Of a stretch of DNA of 64,000 nucleotides, positions 26,638 through 36,927 are shown piece by piece. Origin of the DNA: Candidatus Bathyarchaeia archaeon. Lineage in GTDB: Archaea; Thermoproteota; Bathyarchaeia; 40CM-2-53-6. Where the stretch lies: assembly GCA_049513715.1 (NCBI GenBank), contig JBEKVV010000002.1, forward strand, positions 352,001-416,000, written 5' to 3'. Position numbers and translations under genes: made by a program. Below the pieces are notes generated by a model that did not search any database, was not told the DNA's origin, and saw only the letters and a program-made list of their open reading frames with translations. Numbering within the stretch: position 1 is the stretch's first letter; every line of letters starts with the position of its first letter.

Positions 26638-27540
26638 TCAGATGTTGATCAGTACTATGCCTCCAATTGCAAAGACCGCTCCCAAGATCACCTTAGCGTT
26701 CACTCTTTCCGATTTGGGTATGAGCGCATAAGCGAGAAGAACGGTCACGAGAGATTTCAGGTTGTATGTGGGAACAATGTAGACTGTTGCTGCGAGAGCT
26801 AGGGCGGCAAAGAGTGTCACCTGACCTAAACCGCTAAGGAAAGATCCGGCAATGAGTTTCTGGCTTCGTTTCATGTCGGAGAGCACTACTTCCTTACTCT
26901 TGAGAATGAGGAATATCGTTAGTGGAATGAGAGGGACTCCCGCTGCGATTACTAGTCCCGTCATTGGAAGGCTGACCAACGTGAGGCCAAACCGGGTCAG
27001 GAGGTTCGTTATGGACCAAATGAAACCAGCAAAGAGCCCATACATAATCCCTCTTTGCCACCGCCAACCGGTACTGTTGGAGTCAGATGAAGAGACCGTG
27101 ATTATTCCAACCCCAGCCGCAAGGACGCCAACAATTATGTTCAGGCTGGAGGGTTCACTCAACAATGCCATGCCAAGAAGAGGTGTCACAATGGCAGACG
27201 TATTAGAAACAACGCTAGTCCTGGAGCCTCCCACTGATTCTATGCCCTTGTAGTACAAGGTCATGGCCATTGGAAAGTGAAGCGCGCCTATCATCGACCA
27301 CAATAGGAAATCCGTGATGCTCAATTGATTCCAGAACGCCGATTCGTAGAGGAAAGCTGCGATCAAAGAGATGAGGCACGTGGCCAGCATGGTCACTAAG
27401 AGGCCTGTAACTGGCTTGGTTTCCTCGAAGGCCTTCCTAAGCAGAATTTCTCTGCTACCCCAGGTGACCGCCGTGACTAGGGCTAGAAGAACTCCAACCG
27501 TCACGTCCATGTCAATCAACCGAACCTCGGCGGTTTTCAC
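26638..27540 (-). CDS. DMT/EamA family transporter
   Basis: About ten TM helices in two EamA-like repeats. Confidence 0.8.
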   Translation of the reverse strand: MKTAEVRLIDMDVTVGVLLALVTAVTWGSREILLRKAFEETKPVTGLLVTMLATCLISLIAAFLYESAFWNQLSITDFLLWSMIGALHFPMAMTLYYKGIESVGGSRTSVVSNTSAIVTPLLGMALLSEPSSLNIIVGVLAAGVGIITVSSSDSNSTGWRWQRGIMYGLFAGFIWSITNLLTRFGLTLVSLPMTGLVIAAGVPLIPLTIFLILKSKEVVLSDMKRSQKLIAGSFLSGLGQVTLFAALALAATVYIVPTYNLKSLVTVLLAYALIPKSERVNAKVILGAVFAIGGIVLINI

Positions 27541-27696
27541 TTAAGAAGCGTATGACCTAAGCGTACATGAGGGAGAAGGGCGGCCTGGAACACTCTAGGT
27601 CAGATTCCTCTAGAAAAATCATCCTAAGCAGGTAAGCGTTTAAGTCAATGAGCTGGGTCTCTGGGCACAGCTTTAGGTGAAAGAAGGTTTCGGAAC

Positions 27697-27903
27697 TTGG
27701 TCCGAAGAATTACGATGGCGGGTTATGTGTTGACTGTGTTGGGGATAGCAGGGACCATGTTTTCCCTGGTCATCGAACAGTCTGATTACGACCCTGTTGC
27801 TTTCGGATTGGCCACAGTATCGATTCTTGTTGCAATAGTTGGCCTCTCACTCGCGCTTAGGATGCCACGAAACGACAAGCAAGCGGCCACAAGCGCTTCC
27901 TAA
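27697..27903 (+). CDS. Small two-TM membrane protein
   Basis: Two hydrophobic segments; TATA-like tttaag upstream. Confidence 0.55.
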   Translation: MVRRITMAGYVLTVLGIAGTMFSLVIEQSDYDPVAFGLATVSILVAIVGLSLALRMPRNDKQAATSAS

Positions 27904-28027
27904 AGAAGCCTAGCGCAAATTCGTCCAGGCCGATTTCAAGTAAATCACATAATCAGAGTGTTCTACGCGACATTTAGCAACACAACAGATTTAAATACAT
28001 TAATCTGAACGACTCATTGGATACCAA

Positions 28028-28426
28028 ATGAGTGTGGAACTCACCCAGGACAGATTGAAACGGCTAGTGGATTCAGGGCTCCGCGGCACTTGTCGCCCGA
28101 GCGAGCGACTATTACAGTTGAAGAGAAAGGCGGAGGGAGTCGATCATTTGGAGATCAAACGGCTTGAACAGCTGTTCTTTGGGCTTTCAGATAAGACTCG
28201 TCTAATGATTTTGCAACTACTGGCGGACGAAGAACTATGTTCATGTGAAATAACGGCTGCACTGAACTTAACAGAGCCAACTACGTCACATCATCTTGGC
28301 ATTCTTGAAAGATCTGGCTTAGTTGCCTCACGGCGTGACGGAAAATGGGTCTTCTATCGGCTTGCCAGACACGACGCCAAGACTCTACTCACGAAAGGTG
28401 CCGCGATAGTCAAGGGAGCCACGTGA
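28028..28426 (+). CDS. arsR: ArsR/SmtB family metalloregulator
   Basis: [37 protein letters not shown]; upstream of acr3. Confidence 0.88.
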   Translation: MSVELTQDRLKRLVDSGLRGTCRPSERLLQLKRKAEGVDHLEIKRLEQLFFGLSDKTRLMILQLLADEELCSCEITAALNLTEPTTSHHLGILERSGLVASRRDGKWVFYRLARHDAKTLLTKGAAIVKGAT

Positions 28427-28427
28427 G

Positions 28428-29516
28428 TTGGCGGCGAAGAAGCCAAAACACCTTTCCCTTCTCGATAGGTTTCTGACTGTCTGGATATTTCTTGCGATGG
28501 CGATCGGCGTAGGTGCTGGCGCAGTCTTTCCGCAACTCCCGAAACTCCTCGATGCATTGAGCGTGGGAACTATTTCGGTGCCGATCGCAGTGGGTCTGCT
28601 TTGGATGATGTACCCACCGCTGGCTCGCGTGAAGTATGAGGAACTTTCGAAGGTTGGAAGAGCTTGGAGAATGTTCGGCGTTTCCCTTTTTCAGAACTGG
28701 CTCGTAGGGCCCTTCCTAATGTTTGGTTTAGCTTGGCTGTTTCTGCCCGACATGCCCGAGTACAGAATTGGAATCATCATAGTGGGGCTTGCGAGGTGCA
28801 TCGCAATGGTCCTCGTATGGAACATGTTAGCAGAAGGGGATAATGAATACGCAGCTGTGCTCGTCGCCCTCAACTCAATCTTCCAAGTCGCACTTTACTC
28901 CGTTTACGCGTGGTTCTTCGTGACTCTCCTCTCATCTTGGGTTGCACAAGGTTCAGGTGTCACAGTCGCAATTTCCATTTGGGACATAGCCAAAACAGTC
29001 TTCATCTATCTTGGCATCCCGTTCATCGCAGGAATGGCAACCAGATTCATTCTCGTGCGCAAGAAAGGCAAGACCTGGTATGATGAAACGTTCGTGGAGA
29101 AGTTGAGTCCAACCGCTTTAATTGGGCTACTCTTCACGATAGTTGTAATGTTCTCGTTGAAAGGCGGATATATCCTTTCGCTGCCGTGGGACGTTGTACG
29201 TATTGCAATTCCTCTCGTGAGCTATTTCTTGATCATGTTCACTGTCTCCTTTGTAATATCCAAGGCATGGCGATTTTCATACCCAGAAACGGCCACATTG
29301 TCCTTCACAGCCGCGAGCAACAACTTTGAGCTCGCAATAGCGGTCGCGGTCGGTGTTTTCGGCATAAATTCGGGGGAAGCCTTTGCTGCAGTATTAGGGC
29401 CACTGTTCGAAGTGCCCGTCCTAATCGGCCTCGTAAATGCGTCACTGTGGGCGAGACGGAAATTCTTCACAGCAGGCGCAGAGCAGATCGCGGATGTGAT
29501 TCACCACGAACGGTGA
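28428..29516 (+). CDS. acr3: Acr3 family arsenite efflux transporter
   Basis: [47 protein letters not shown]. Confidence 0.95.
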   Translation: MAAKKPKHLSLLDRFLTVWIFLAMAIGVGAGAVFPQLPKLLDALSVGTISVPIAVGLLWMMYPPLARVKYEELSKVGRAWRMFGVSLFQNWLVGPFLMFGLAWLFLPDMPEYRIGIIIVGLARCIAMVLVWNMLAEGDNEYAAVLVALNSIFQVALYSVYAWFFVTLLSSWVAQGSGVTVAISIWDIAKTVFIYLGIPFIAGMATRFILVRKKGKTWYDETFVEKLSPTALIGLLFTIVVMFSLKGGYILSLPWDVVRIAIPLVSYFLIMFTVSFVISKAWRFSYPETATLSFTAASNNFELAIAVAVGVFGINSGEAFAAVLGPLFEVPVLIGLVNASLWARRKFFTAGAEQIADVIHHER

Positions 29517-29522
29517 TAGCTC

Positions 29523-29927
29523 ATGAGCACCCTGAAGGTTCTATTTGTCTGTGTTGAGAATGCAGGTCGCAGTCAAATGGCCGAGGCATTCGCTAAAAGA
29601 CACGGGATAAATGCAGTGAGCGCAGGGACGCAGCCCTCGACCGCGATTGACCAGATGGTTGTGATAGCGATGAAGGAGAAAGGAATCGCATTTTCCGATG
29701 CTAGACCGAAGGCTCTCACTTCAGCCATGATTGAGGATGCCGATCTGGTAGTTACCATGGGATGCTCCGTTGAGAAGGTCTGCCCGGCCCCAATGATTGC
29801 GAAAATGCAGAAGAAGATACTCGATTGGGACCTAGAAGACCCAAAGGGCAAATCCGTCCAGGTGGTCAGACAAATCAGGGACGAGATCGAACGCAAGGTC
29901 ACTGAACTAGTAGGGAACAATCCGTAA
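29523..29927 (+). CDS. arsC: Arsenate reductase (LMW-PTP fold)
   Basis: FVCVENAGRSQMAEAF, TMGC..VCP, W.LEDPKG, IRDEI. Confidence 0.9.
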   Translation: MSTLKVLFVCVENAGRSQMAEAFAKRHGINAVSAGTQPSTAIDQMVVIAMKEKGIAFSDARPKALTSAMIEDADLVVTMGCSVEKVCPAPMIAKMQKKILDWDLEDPKGKSVQVVRQIRDEIERKVTELVGNNP

Positions 29928-30057
29928 TTTAGTAATCACGGCATATAGAAGTCGCCTGGCTTGAGCAAGGTTGCGTTTCGTCTATGGGGCAGTTCTCTCT
30001 TTGTGGCGACAGACTGCGAATGGAGTCTTGTAGGCCGATCAGTCTCGAAACGTCAAA

Positions 30058-30360
30058 TCACTTCTTCGTTGTTCGTTGAGCAATCTCGTTAGCGAGCTCC
30101 TCTTTGGTTTTCCCTTCCGTCGTTATCCCCAAGGATTTTGCAGCGACGATGAGTGGGTCTTGTTGGGTGCTAGCGGCGGAAGTCGATGGAGCTGTTGTTG
30201 CTGCCGTCGCGAGCGTAGTCATCTCTTTTGTAGCCTTCTCAAACTCACGCTTGGCCAGTCCAATGGACCTCGCCATTTCAGGCAGTTTCTGGGGTCCCCA
30301 AATGAACAAAATCACTAGAATGGCGACTACGGTGATCGCCTCAAAACCGACTATGGCCAT
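30058..30360 (-). CDS. tatA: Twin-arginine translocase TatA/E subunit
   Basis: N-terminal TM followed by WGPQKLPEMARSIG.AKREF. Confidence 0.9.
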   Translation of the reverse strand: MAIVGFEAITVVAILVILFIWGPQKLPEMARSIGLAKREFEKATKEMTTLATAATTAPSTSAASTQQDPLIVAAKSLGITTEGKTKEELANEIAQRTTKK

Positions 30361-30618
30361 CGTAACTCACATCACAGGGCACTTCGTGCCCGATATAAGA
30401 GTGCTGAATCTACCCAGAGAGAGAAAATCAGGTTTCAGTTAGCCCACCATCCAAAGGACAAGTCGCCTACCGAGAGCGGATTCAGGAGGACCGTTGCGAG
30501 GTTCCAAATACGTGCGTTGCCGACGTCAAGAGGTTACTTCTAACCAAAGCCAAACTGCCAATCAGTCGGCATGATAGGTAAGTGTTCTCGTGCGGCCGCT
30601 GAGATTCAGCGGTTGAGT

Positions 30619-31497
30619 TTAAGCAAAAGCCATCAACGTGAGACCTACAAACATTAGTCCAGCCCCTATGATCCGCACCGAGTTATGGCTCTCCTTCAGC
30701 AGAAGTGAGCCAAGTAGCGCGCCGATGACCACGCTAAATCCACGTCCGGCGACGACGTAACTCGCACTCGTAATCGCCAAAGCAGCTAGCGCCGCAGCAT
30801 ACGCGCTGACCGTCATCACGCTCGTCAAGATGATATTCCGCGCGTTAGATTGCAGTTCGTCGAAATTTCTGCTGACGCGTGCACTTCGCCACACCACGGG
30901 CATCCAAAGGATTGTGTTACCAGCAAAAACCCACCAATTGTATATGAGAGGGGGAGTCGCAATTACAGCGATTTTATCCGAGACAGAATAGACAGCTATG
31001 AAGACCCCGGACATGAGAGCCCAAAAGGCCGCCCTGTTACGAAAGGGCGAAGTAATCGCGGAAAGTTCGAAGGTCATGCGTGAGCGTTCGACAGGTACCG
31101 ACGCGACATAAGCCCCTACCACCATAAGCCCTATGCCGAGATACCCAAACCCTGCCAGTTTCTCTCCCATGAGTGCCCCCAAAACTGCAGAGAAGATCGG
31201 CGCAGAGCCGCGCGACAGGGGATAAACGAGAGAGAGGTCGCCCCGGGAATATCCTCGCACCAAAGTCACAAAGTATCCTGTTTCAGCAATCGCACTAATC
31301 ACAAACCAAGGCCACGACTGATCGTCAAGGAATATGGTTTGCCCACTCAGGAACACTGCAACACCGTAACCCAGCGTGCCGAAGGCAGTGGCCCACCACA
31401 TCAAAGCAATAGTGTTCCTTGAGTTCTTCGCAAGAACATTCCAGCCTGCGTGTAAGAACGCTGCGGCCACTATCAAAACGAACGCGAAGGACTCCAT
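30619..31497 (-). CDS. DMT/EamA family transporter
   Basis: AAFLHAGWN, GDLSLVYPLSRG, YSVSDK motifs. Confidence 0.88.
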   Translation of the reverse strand: MESFAFVLIVAAAFLHAGWNVLAKNSRNTIALMWWATAFGTLGYGVAVFLSGQTIFLDDQSWPWFVISAIAETGYFVTLVRGYSRGDLSLVYPLSRGSAPIFSAVLGALMGEKLAGFGYLGIGLMVVGAYVASVPVERSRMTFELSAITSPFRNRAAFWALMSGVFIAVYSVSDKIAVIATPPLIYNWWVFAGNTILWMPVVWRSARVSRNFDELQSNARNIILTSVMTVSAYAAALAALAITSASYVVAGRGFSVVIGALLGSLLLKESHNSVRIIGAGLMFVGLTLMAFA

Positions 31498-31669
31498 TCA
31501 CTCCGTGTCTCCATGTGGAAAACCGTTTGATTCGACAGGAAGCGAATCTTGGCAAAGTGGTATTACGAGGTCCTCTTAAGTTTGCTCGCGTTGATTTTGC
31601 TATGATGCGAAACTGGGCAAAGAGGTTAAGTATCATCCAAGGCTTGGACAGAAACGTTGGTTCGCCGTT

Positions 31670-33112
31670 TTGTCGATAAAACTGTCTTCTGGCAAAGAGT
31701 TACCGATTGAGATGCACAAGGCGCGTATGGTGCAAAAAATCACACTGATACCCGTAGAGGAACGAGTCAAGGCCATAGCTGAAGCAGGCTACAACACTTT
31801 CCTGCTGAGGACCAAGGACATATTTCTTGACATGCTCACGGACAGCGGCGTCAACGCGATGAGCGATAACCAATTCGCCGAAATGCTAAGAGCCGATGAT
31901 GCATACGCCGGCAGTATGACCTTCTATGAGTTCGCGGACGCTGTGAAGGACGTAATGGGATTCAAGCATGTAATGAACGCTCACCAGGGCAGGGCGGCCG
32001 AGCACCTGTTAGCTAAGGTATTCATTAAGTCGGGTGACGTTGTTCCGACGAATTACCATTTCACAACAACCAAGGCCCATATCGAGCTTCCGGGGGCAGC
32101 TTGTCTCGAGATATACTACGACGGCGCTTTGAAGACTGAGAGTTCGAATCCTTTCAAAGGTAACATGGACCCGCAGAAGCTGCGGGACGTGATCAAGAAA
32201 TATGGGAAAGAGAAAGTAGCGTTTGTTCGGATGGAAGCAACAACCAACCTGATTGGCGGACAGCCATTTTCTATGGCGAACTTGAAAGAGATCAAGCAGA
32301 TTTGCAATGAACACGGCCTGCTTCTGGTTCTGGATGGAAGTCTAATCTGCGAGAATGCTTACCTGATCATGCAACGAGAGAAAGGTTACCAAGATAAGAC
32401 CGTCGCCGAGATTGTTCGAGAGATTTGCAGTTTTCCAGATGTGTTCTACATGAGCGGCAGGAAGAACACCTCTGTGCGGGGGGGCATGATTGGGACGAAC
32501 AACAAGGAGCTATTCGATAAGATCAGGCCTTGGCTACCTGTCTATGAGGGCTTCTACACGTACGGTGGCATGTCAATGAGAGAAATCGGAGCCATGGCTG
32601 TTGGGGTCAGAGAGATGGTGGATCCAACAGTTGCGGGTTGCTCAGTGGAGCAGATCAAGTACTTCGTCAACAGGCTCCTTGAAACTGGGATTCCAGTGGT
32701 GACTCCGCCAGGGGGACTGGCCTGTCATCTGGATGCGATGAAATTCCTACCACACATCCCTCAGAGTCAATATCCTGCGGGGGCGTTGTCGTCGGCTCTC
32801 TACATAGCCTCCGGGATAAGGAGCATGGAAAGGGGGACCGTTTCAATGGACAGAGACAAGCAGGGGAAGGAAGTCATGGCCGACATAGAACTAACAAGGA
32901 TTGCGCTTCCAAGGAGGGTCTATACGATATCACACATCGAGTATGCCATTGACAGGATTAACTGGTTGTACAAGCACAGGGATCTCGTTAAGGGCCTAAA
33001 GTTCGTTTGGGAACCGCCGGTGCTCAGGTTCTTCGACGGGAGAATGGAACCCCTAGGAGACTGGGGAAGGAACCTAGGTGCAGCGTTCAGGAAAGAAATA
33101 GGCAATAACTGA
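31670..33112 (+). CDS. Beta-eliminating lyase (tyrosine phenol-lyase/tryptophanase family), TPL-like signatures
   Basis: DMLTDSG, HQGRAAE, GGQPFS, MSGRK PLP lysine, YEGF.TYGG, R.A.PRRVYT. Confidence 0.9.
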   Translation: MSIKLSSGKELPIEMHKARMVQKITLIPVEERVKAIAEAGYNTFLLRTKDIFLDMLTDSGVNAMSDNQFAEMLRADDAYAGSMTFYEFADAVKDVMGFKHVMNAHQGRAAEHLLAKVFIKSGDVVPTNYHFTTTKAHIELPGAACLEIYYDGALKTESSNPFKGNMDPQKLRDVIKKYGKEKVAFVRMEATTNLIGGQPFSMANLKEIKQICNEHGLLLVLDGSLICENAYLIMQREKGYQDKTVAEIVREICSFPDVFYMSGRKNTSVRGGMIGTNNKELFDKIRPWLPVYEGFYTYGGMSMREIGAMAVGVREMVDPTVAGCSVEQIKYFVNRLLETGIPVVTPPGGLACHLDAMKFLPHIPQSQYPAGALSSALYIASGIRSMERGTVSMDRDKQGKEVMADIELTRIALPRRVYTISHIEYAIDRINWLYKHRDLVKGLKFVWEPPVLRFFDGRMEPLGDWGRNLGAAFRKEIGNN

Positions 33113-33225
33113 TTCCGTCTTATGCGCTCACGTTTGCGGCGGCAAGTAGCTAGCTAGCGGAGCCCAGAAGATTATTCTCTAGTATGAGGAAACTATTTCC
33201 AATAGTGGTCCGAGGGATACCAACG

Positions 33226-33552
33226 ATGCGAATTCGTTTCCTCTACTTTGACGAATGCCCTTCACATGAAGAGGCGCTTCAACGGCTAATGCAGGTTATG
33301 GAGAAGGAAAGTATCATGACAAAGGTCGAGGTGATTAGGATAAACACCGAAGAGCAGGCCGTTGAGCTACGTTTTCCTGGGTCGCCCACGATTTTCATAG
33401 ACGGCGAAGATATTGACCCATCCGCAGAGCCACATCATGCATTGGCGTGTCGAGCATACAGACTCGAGGACGGGCGTATATCGCCACTTCCTTCCATCGG
33501 CATGATTCGAAGGGCATTGCAGCTCGCGAAGAGGAGAAGCGCGCTTAAGTAG
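33226..33552 (+). CDS. Thioredoxin-like small protein (DUF2703-like)
   Basis: YFDECPSH, FPGSPTI.IDGEDI, ACRAY. Confidence 0.75.
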   Translation: MRIRFLYFDECPSHEEALQRLMQVMEKESIMTKVEVIRINTEEQAVELRFPGSPTIFIDGEDIDPSAEPHHALACRAYRLEDGRISPLPSIGMIRRALQLAKRRSALK

Positions 33553-33600
33553 AGGGCATAGCTCGCTTGTTTTCCCGGCATAAAAGAGGGAGATACAATC

Positions 33601-34134
33601 GTGGTCAGCCTTAATGTTGGCAACAAGGCGATAACCTTCAGCCTTCCCGGTATAGATGGCAAGCAGCATTCACTGGATGATTACCGAGGGAAAGAGGTAG
33701 TTGCCGTAATTTTCAGTTGCAACCACTGTCCGTATGTTCGGGCTTGGGAGGACCGCATGGTGAAGATTCAATCAGATTATGTTGACAAAGGAGTCCAACT
33801 GATCGCGATAAATGCCAATGACGCTACGAAGTACCCTGACGATAGCTTCGCTAAGATGAAAGAGCGGGCCCGCGAGAAGAACTTCAACTTCCCGTACTTG
33901 TACGACGAACCCCAAGAAATTGCGCGCGCTTACGGTGCTGAACGGACACCTGAGGTTTTCGTTTTCAGTAAAGACGGAGTCTTGCGGTACCATGGTGCAA
34001 TTGATGACAACTACGATGATCCCGCAGCCGTTAAAAGCCAGTACCTCAGAGATGCTCTCGATGCCGTGTTGGCTCGAAAACCTGCTCCAGTCGCGGAAAC
34101 TAAGGCGGTCGGCTGCACCATAAAATGGAAATGA
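33601..34134 (+). CDS. Thioredoxin family / AhpC-TSA-like protein
   Basis: CNHCPYV, INAND...YPDDSF, FPYLYDE.Q, TPE.FVF, GCTIKWK. Confidence 0.9.
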   Translation: MVSLNVGNKAITFSLPGIDGKQHSLDDYRGKEVVAVIFSCNHCPYVRAWEDRMVKIQSDYVDKGVQLIAINANDATKYPDDSFAKMKERAREKNFNFPYLYDEPQEIARAYGAERTPEVFVFSKDGVLRYHGAIDDNYDDPAAVKSQYLRDALDAVLARKPAPVAETKAVGCTIKWK

Positions 34135-34244
34135 TCAAGCTCTCACTTGGCCCCATCGTAAGGCAACATGTAATCCACACAATAATACCGACACGGCAAC
34201 CAATCGGCATCAAAGAAATATTCCCCTAGCAGAGAAACCAGCAG

Positions 34245-34934
34245 TCATGTTTTGCCCTGCAGGCGTTTTTGAACCGCAGGGCTCTTCAACTCTCGGAGCG
34301 CGTCACTCGCAATCCAATGAGCAGATTTCGATTTCATTTTGCCAATTTCCCTCGCAGCCTTGACAGCATCTCGGTTCAAGCCGCGGTTCCGTTTCCCTAT
34401 TTGCCTCAAAGCCCAGTTGACCGCCTTCCTAACAAAATTCCGGTCGTCGTCAGATTCCCTTTTGATTATGACGAGGAATTTTCGGAACTTTGAGTCTGGA
34501 GCATTCTCATCATGAACCGCCAACGCTGCCATGAGTGTAAACCCCGCACGCTTTACGAACTCCTCTCGCCGAGCAGACCATTCAACAGCTTTCCCGTAAG
34601 CCAGCTCGGCCTTGTCGAAGAGGTTGCTGCAAACTTGGTCGCACACGTCCCAAGAATCAAAGGCCTTTACCCATTCCTCCATTTGACGGTCGGTGACCTT
34701 TGAAGGGTCATCGATCATTGCCGCCAAGATTCTGGCTTCGTGGATGCCGGACTCCCAAAGCTGCTTCGACAGCAGATGATCTGTTCCAACCTCCTTCGCC
34801 ATTTTCCTCAGGACAGGAATCGAAATGCCGTAGGTGTTGCTAGGATTGATGCCAAACCTAGCCATTCCCGCAACATTACTCGGATTCGATTGAGACTTTA
34901 GTTCGCGGAGAATCTCGGTGGCATCCATGAACAC
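34245..34934 (-). CDS. DNA alkylation repair protein (AlkD-like)
   Basis: LWESGIHEARILA, FDSWDVCD, EFVKRAGF, DDRNFVRKAVNWALRQIGKR. Confidence 0.9.
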   Translation of the reverse strand: MFMDATEILRELKSQSNPSNVAGMARFGINPSNTYGISIPVLRKMAKEVGTDHLLSKQLWESGIHEARILAAMIDDPSKVTDRQMEEWVKAFDSWDVCDQVCSNLFDKAELAYGKAVEWSARREEFVKRAGFTLMAALAVHDENAPDSKFRKFLVIIKRESDDDRNFVRKAVNWALRQIGKRNRGLNRDAVKAAREIGKMKSKSAHWIASDALRELKSPAVQKRLQGKT

Positions 34935-35060
34935 GTGACCTTGAGTATGTTTGTACAGCGAGTATTTTTCTTTGAAGGCGCGTCACGAGCAATTGCTATG
35001 TGCGAGGAATGAAAGCCATAAATATGTTGACGGAAAAAAGCCGGCGCCAGTGACCTTCTT

Positions 35061-35717
35061 TTGGTGCCTAGCGTAGCGAGGGCGAAGTTAGGCAACTGGG
35101 AATTCATAGTGCACTCAGGAAGTTCAAACGTCGGCGTAGTCTTGATTCATGAAATCTTTGGGCTCGATGAATACGTTGACTCAGTAGCTGCGCAACTCGC
35201 CAAAGCTGGGTTCTGGTCTGCGGCTGTTGACATGTATCAGGGAAAACATGCCTCCAGCCTTGAGGAGGCGTTCAAACTGCGACAGTCACTGACGGAACCG
35301 CAGATTCTAGACAGTTTGAGCTCCGGCGCACAATTGCTCCGCAGCAGAATAGGTGTCAATGGCAAAATCGGCACGATGGGTTTCTGCATGGGAGGCGGCT
35401 TCGCACTTCTAGGTGCCTGCGGCCTCGACCTAGATTTCTGTGTCGACTACTACGGCCTCATCGAAAACCCAGACAAAGCGCAAGGTCTGAAGGGGCCGGT
35501 CCTATTGATGTTGGGGTCGGAGGATGAAAGGGTCACGCCTTGGGCGTTTAGCCAATTCCTCCCCGCCGCCATGAAATACAAGAAACGCGTTGACGTCCAC
35601 CTCTATCCGAACGCGAAACACGCATTTCATAGGCCTGATTGGGAGGGGCACAATCATGAAGCCGCTGAAGACGCCTGGGCCAAGACATTGGCTTTTCTTT
35701 CACAATTCCAGATGTAG
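35061..35717 (+). CDS. Dienelactone hydrolase family protein
   Basis: HEIFGL, GFCMGG nucleophile elbow, D..V, YPNAKHAF. Confidence 0.92.
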   Translation: MVPSVARAKLGNWEFIVHSGSSNVGVVLIHEIFGLDEYVDSVAAQLAKAGFWSAAVDMYQGKHASSLEEAFKLRQSLTEPQILDSLSSGAQLLRSRIGVNGKIGTMGFCMGGGFALLGACGLDLDFCVDYYGLIENPDKAQGLKGPVLLMLGSEDERVTPWAFSQFLPAAMKYKKRVDVHLYPNAKHAFHRPDWEGHNHEAAEDAWAKTLAFLSQFQM

Positions 35718-35735
35718 ATGCCAGTTCACGTTGGC

Positions 35736-36299
35736 TCACTGTTTGGCATTCATGATGCGCTCCAACCTGTGTGGAATTTCGTCCCATCTTTGAACCCTAA
35801 GAATCCTTGGCATGGCAGGAGCGTTCTGATTCCACGGTTGAGAGTACAGGATTCCGCCCCGGTCTAAGCTTGATGCTAGAAGAACCATGAGCTCCTCCGC
35901 GTCGTCGACAAAAATGTCGTAATTCAGAGTCGCTTTCGCCTTTGTGTTTTCGGTTCGCACAAAATCATCATACTTGATCCCCTGCTGGTGGAGCCAAGAG
36001 ATCGCAGGCTGCACCGTTTCTGGACTTCGGCCAGTGACAATATCGATCTTCCCGAACCTCTTCAACTTGCCAACTTTGAAGGCAAGGTTTTCCTCAGTTG
36101 GCGGGATCGTTCCCCACTCGAACCACGCCTCATCCATCGTCCTAAAGAATTCCTCTTTGGTTATGTGCACTGTTTCCCACGCATGCCATTGTACAAATGA
36201 TTTCGGTGTGAGGTGCTTACCGTGGCGCTTGTTGAGAATTGAACAGAGAGACACGATGGTGTCTGCTAGGACGCCGTCCAAGTCCACCGCAATCCGCAT
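35736..36299 (-). CDS. HAD-superfamily 5'(3')-deoxyribonucleotidase-like protein
   Basis: MRIAVDLDGVLADT, IVTGR, IFVDD, QPWN. Confidence 0.85.
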   Translation of the reverse strand: MRIAVDLDGVLADTIVSLCSILNKRHGKHLTPKSFVQWHAWETVHITKEEFFRTMDEAWFEWGTIPPTEENLAFKVGKLKRFGKIDIVTGRSPETVQPAISWLHQQGIKYDDFVRTENTKAKATLNYDIFVDDAEELMVLLASSLDRGGILYSQPWNQNAPAMPRILRVQRWDEIPHRLERIMNAKQ

Positions 36300-36370
36300 G
36301 CTGAATCTCACCGTAAGACGAGTTGGTCGCACCGGTCAATACTAGAAACTGTTCGAGGGAAAGTGTTCTC

Positions 36371-36895
36371 CTACTTCTGGTTTAGAAAACCCTCGGCCTT
36401 CAATCGCTCAATCGTCTGCTCCAAAGCAGCTAAGGGGAGTGCGAGTTCCTTGGAGGCTTGGGAGAGGGAGATTGTTCCATCGTGGGCCACGATATAGTCG
36501 AGCACCTTCTGATCGCCGACCTCGGAGTTGCTAGTGGTTCGACTTGGAGGGTTGGTCTGAGGAGCAGCAAACTTGGCTCCGCATCTAGGGCACACAGTGA
36601 TGCCAAGTGGAAAAACCAGACCGCACATTGCACAAATTCCTTGTGTGGGTGTTGGTGGGTAGGTTATGAAGCGCTGCACGGCTGTTTTTCTGCCCGCCTC
36701 AAGGATGTTTAGTACTTTGTTGGAGAGGGTTTTTTCCCAGTCGATGATTGTTTCCTTCACCGTGCGGCGTGTGTGTGGAAAGCCGCAAAAGTCGCATGTG
36801 TACCTGTAGCCATCGTACCTCAAAACATAGCCGCAGCGCGGGCAACGCCCTACAGGTTGCAATAGGATTTCCAGTGTGGACTGGTCATCTGCCAT
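36371..36895 (-). CDS. Zinc-ribbon protein with C-terminal winged-helix-like domain
   Basis: CPRCG..CDFCG and CAMCG..CPRCG; C-terminal VLDYI..HDGTISLSQASKEL. Confidence 0.7.
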   Translation of the reverse strand: MADDQSTLEILLQPVGRCPRCGYVLRYDGYRYTCDFCGFPHTRRTVKETIIDWEKTLSNKVLNILEAGRKTAVQRFITYPPTPTQGICAMCGLVFPLGITVCPRCGAKFAAPQTNPPSRTTSNSEVGDQKVLDYIVAHDGTISLSQASKELALPLAALEQTIERLKAEGFLNQK

Positions 36896-36927
36896 CTTAT
36901 TGGTTTTCTGGCCTGCAATCCACCATA

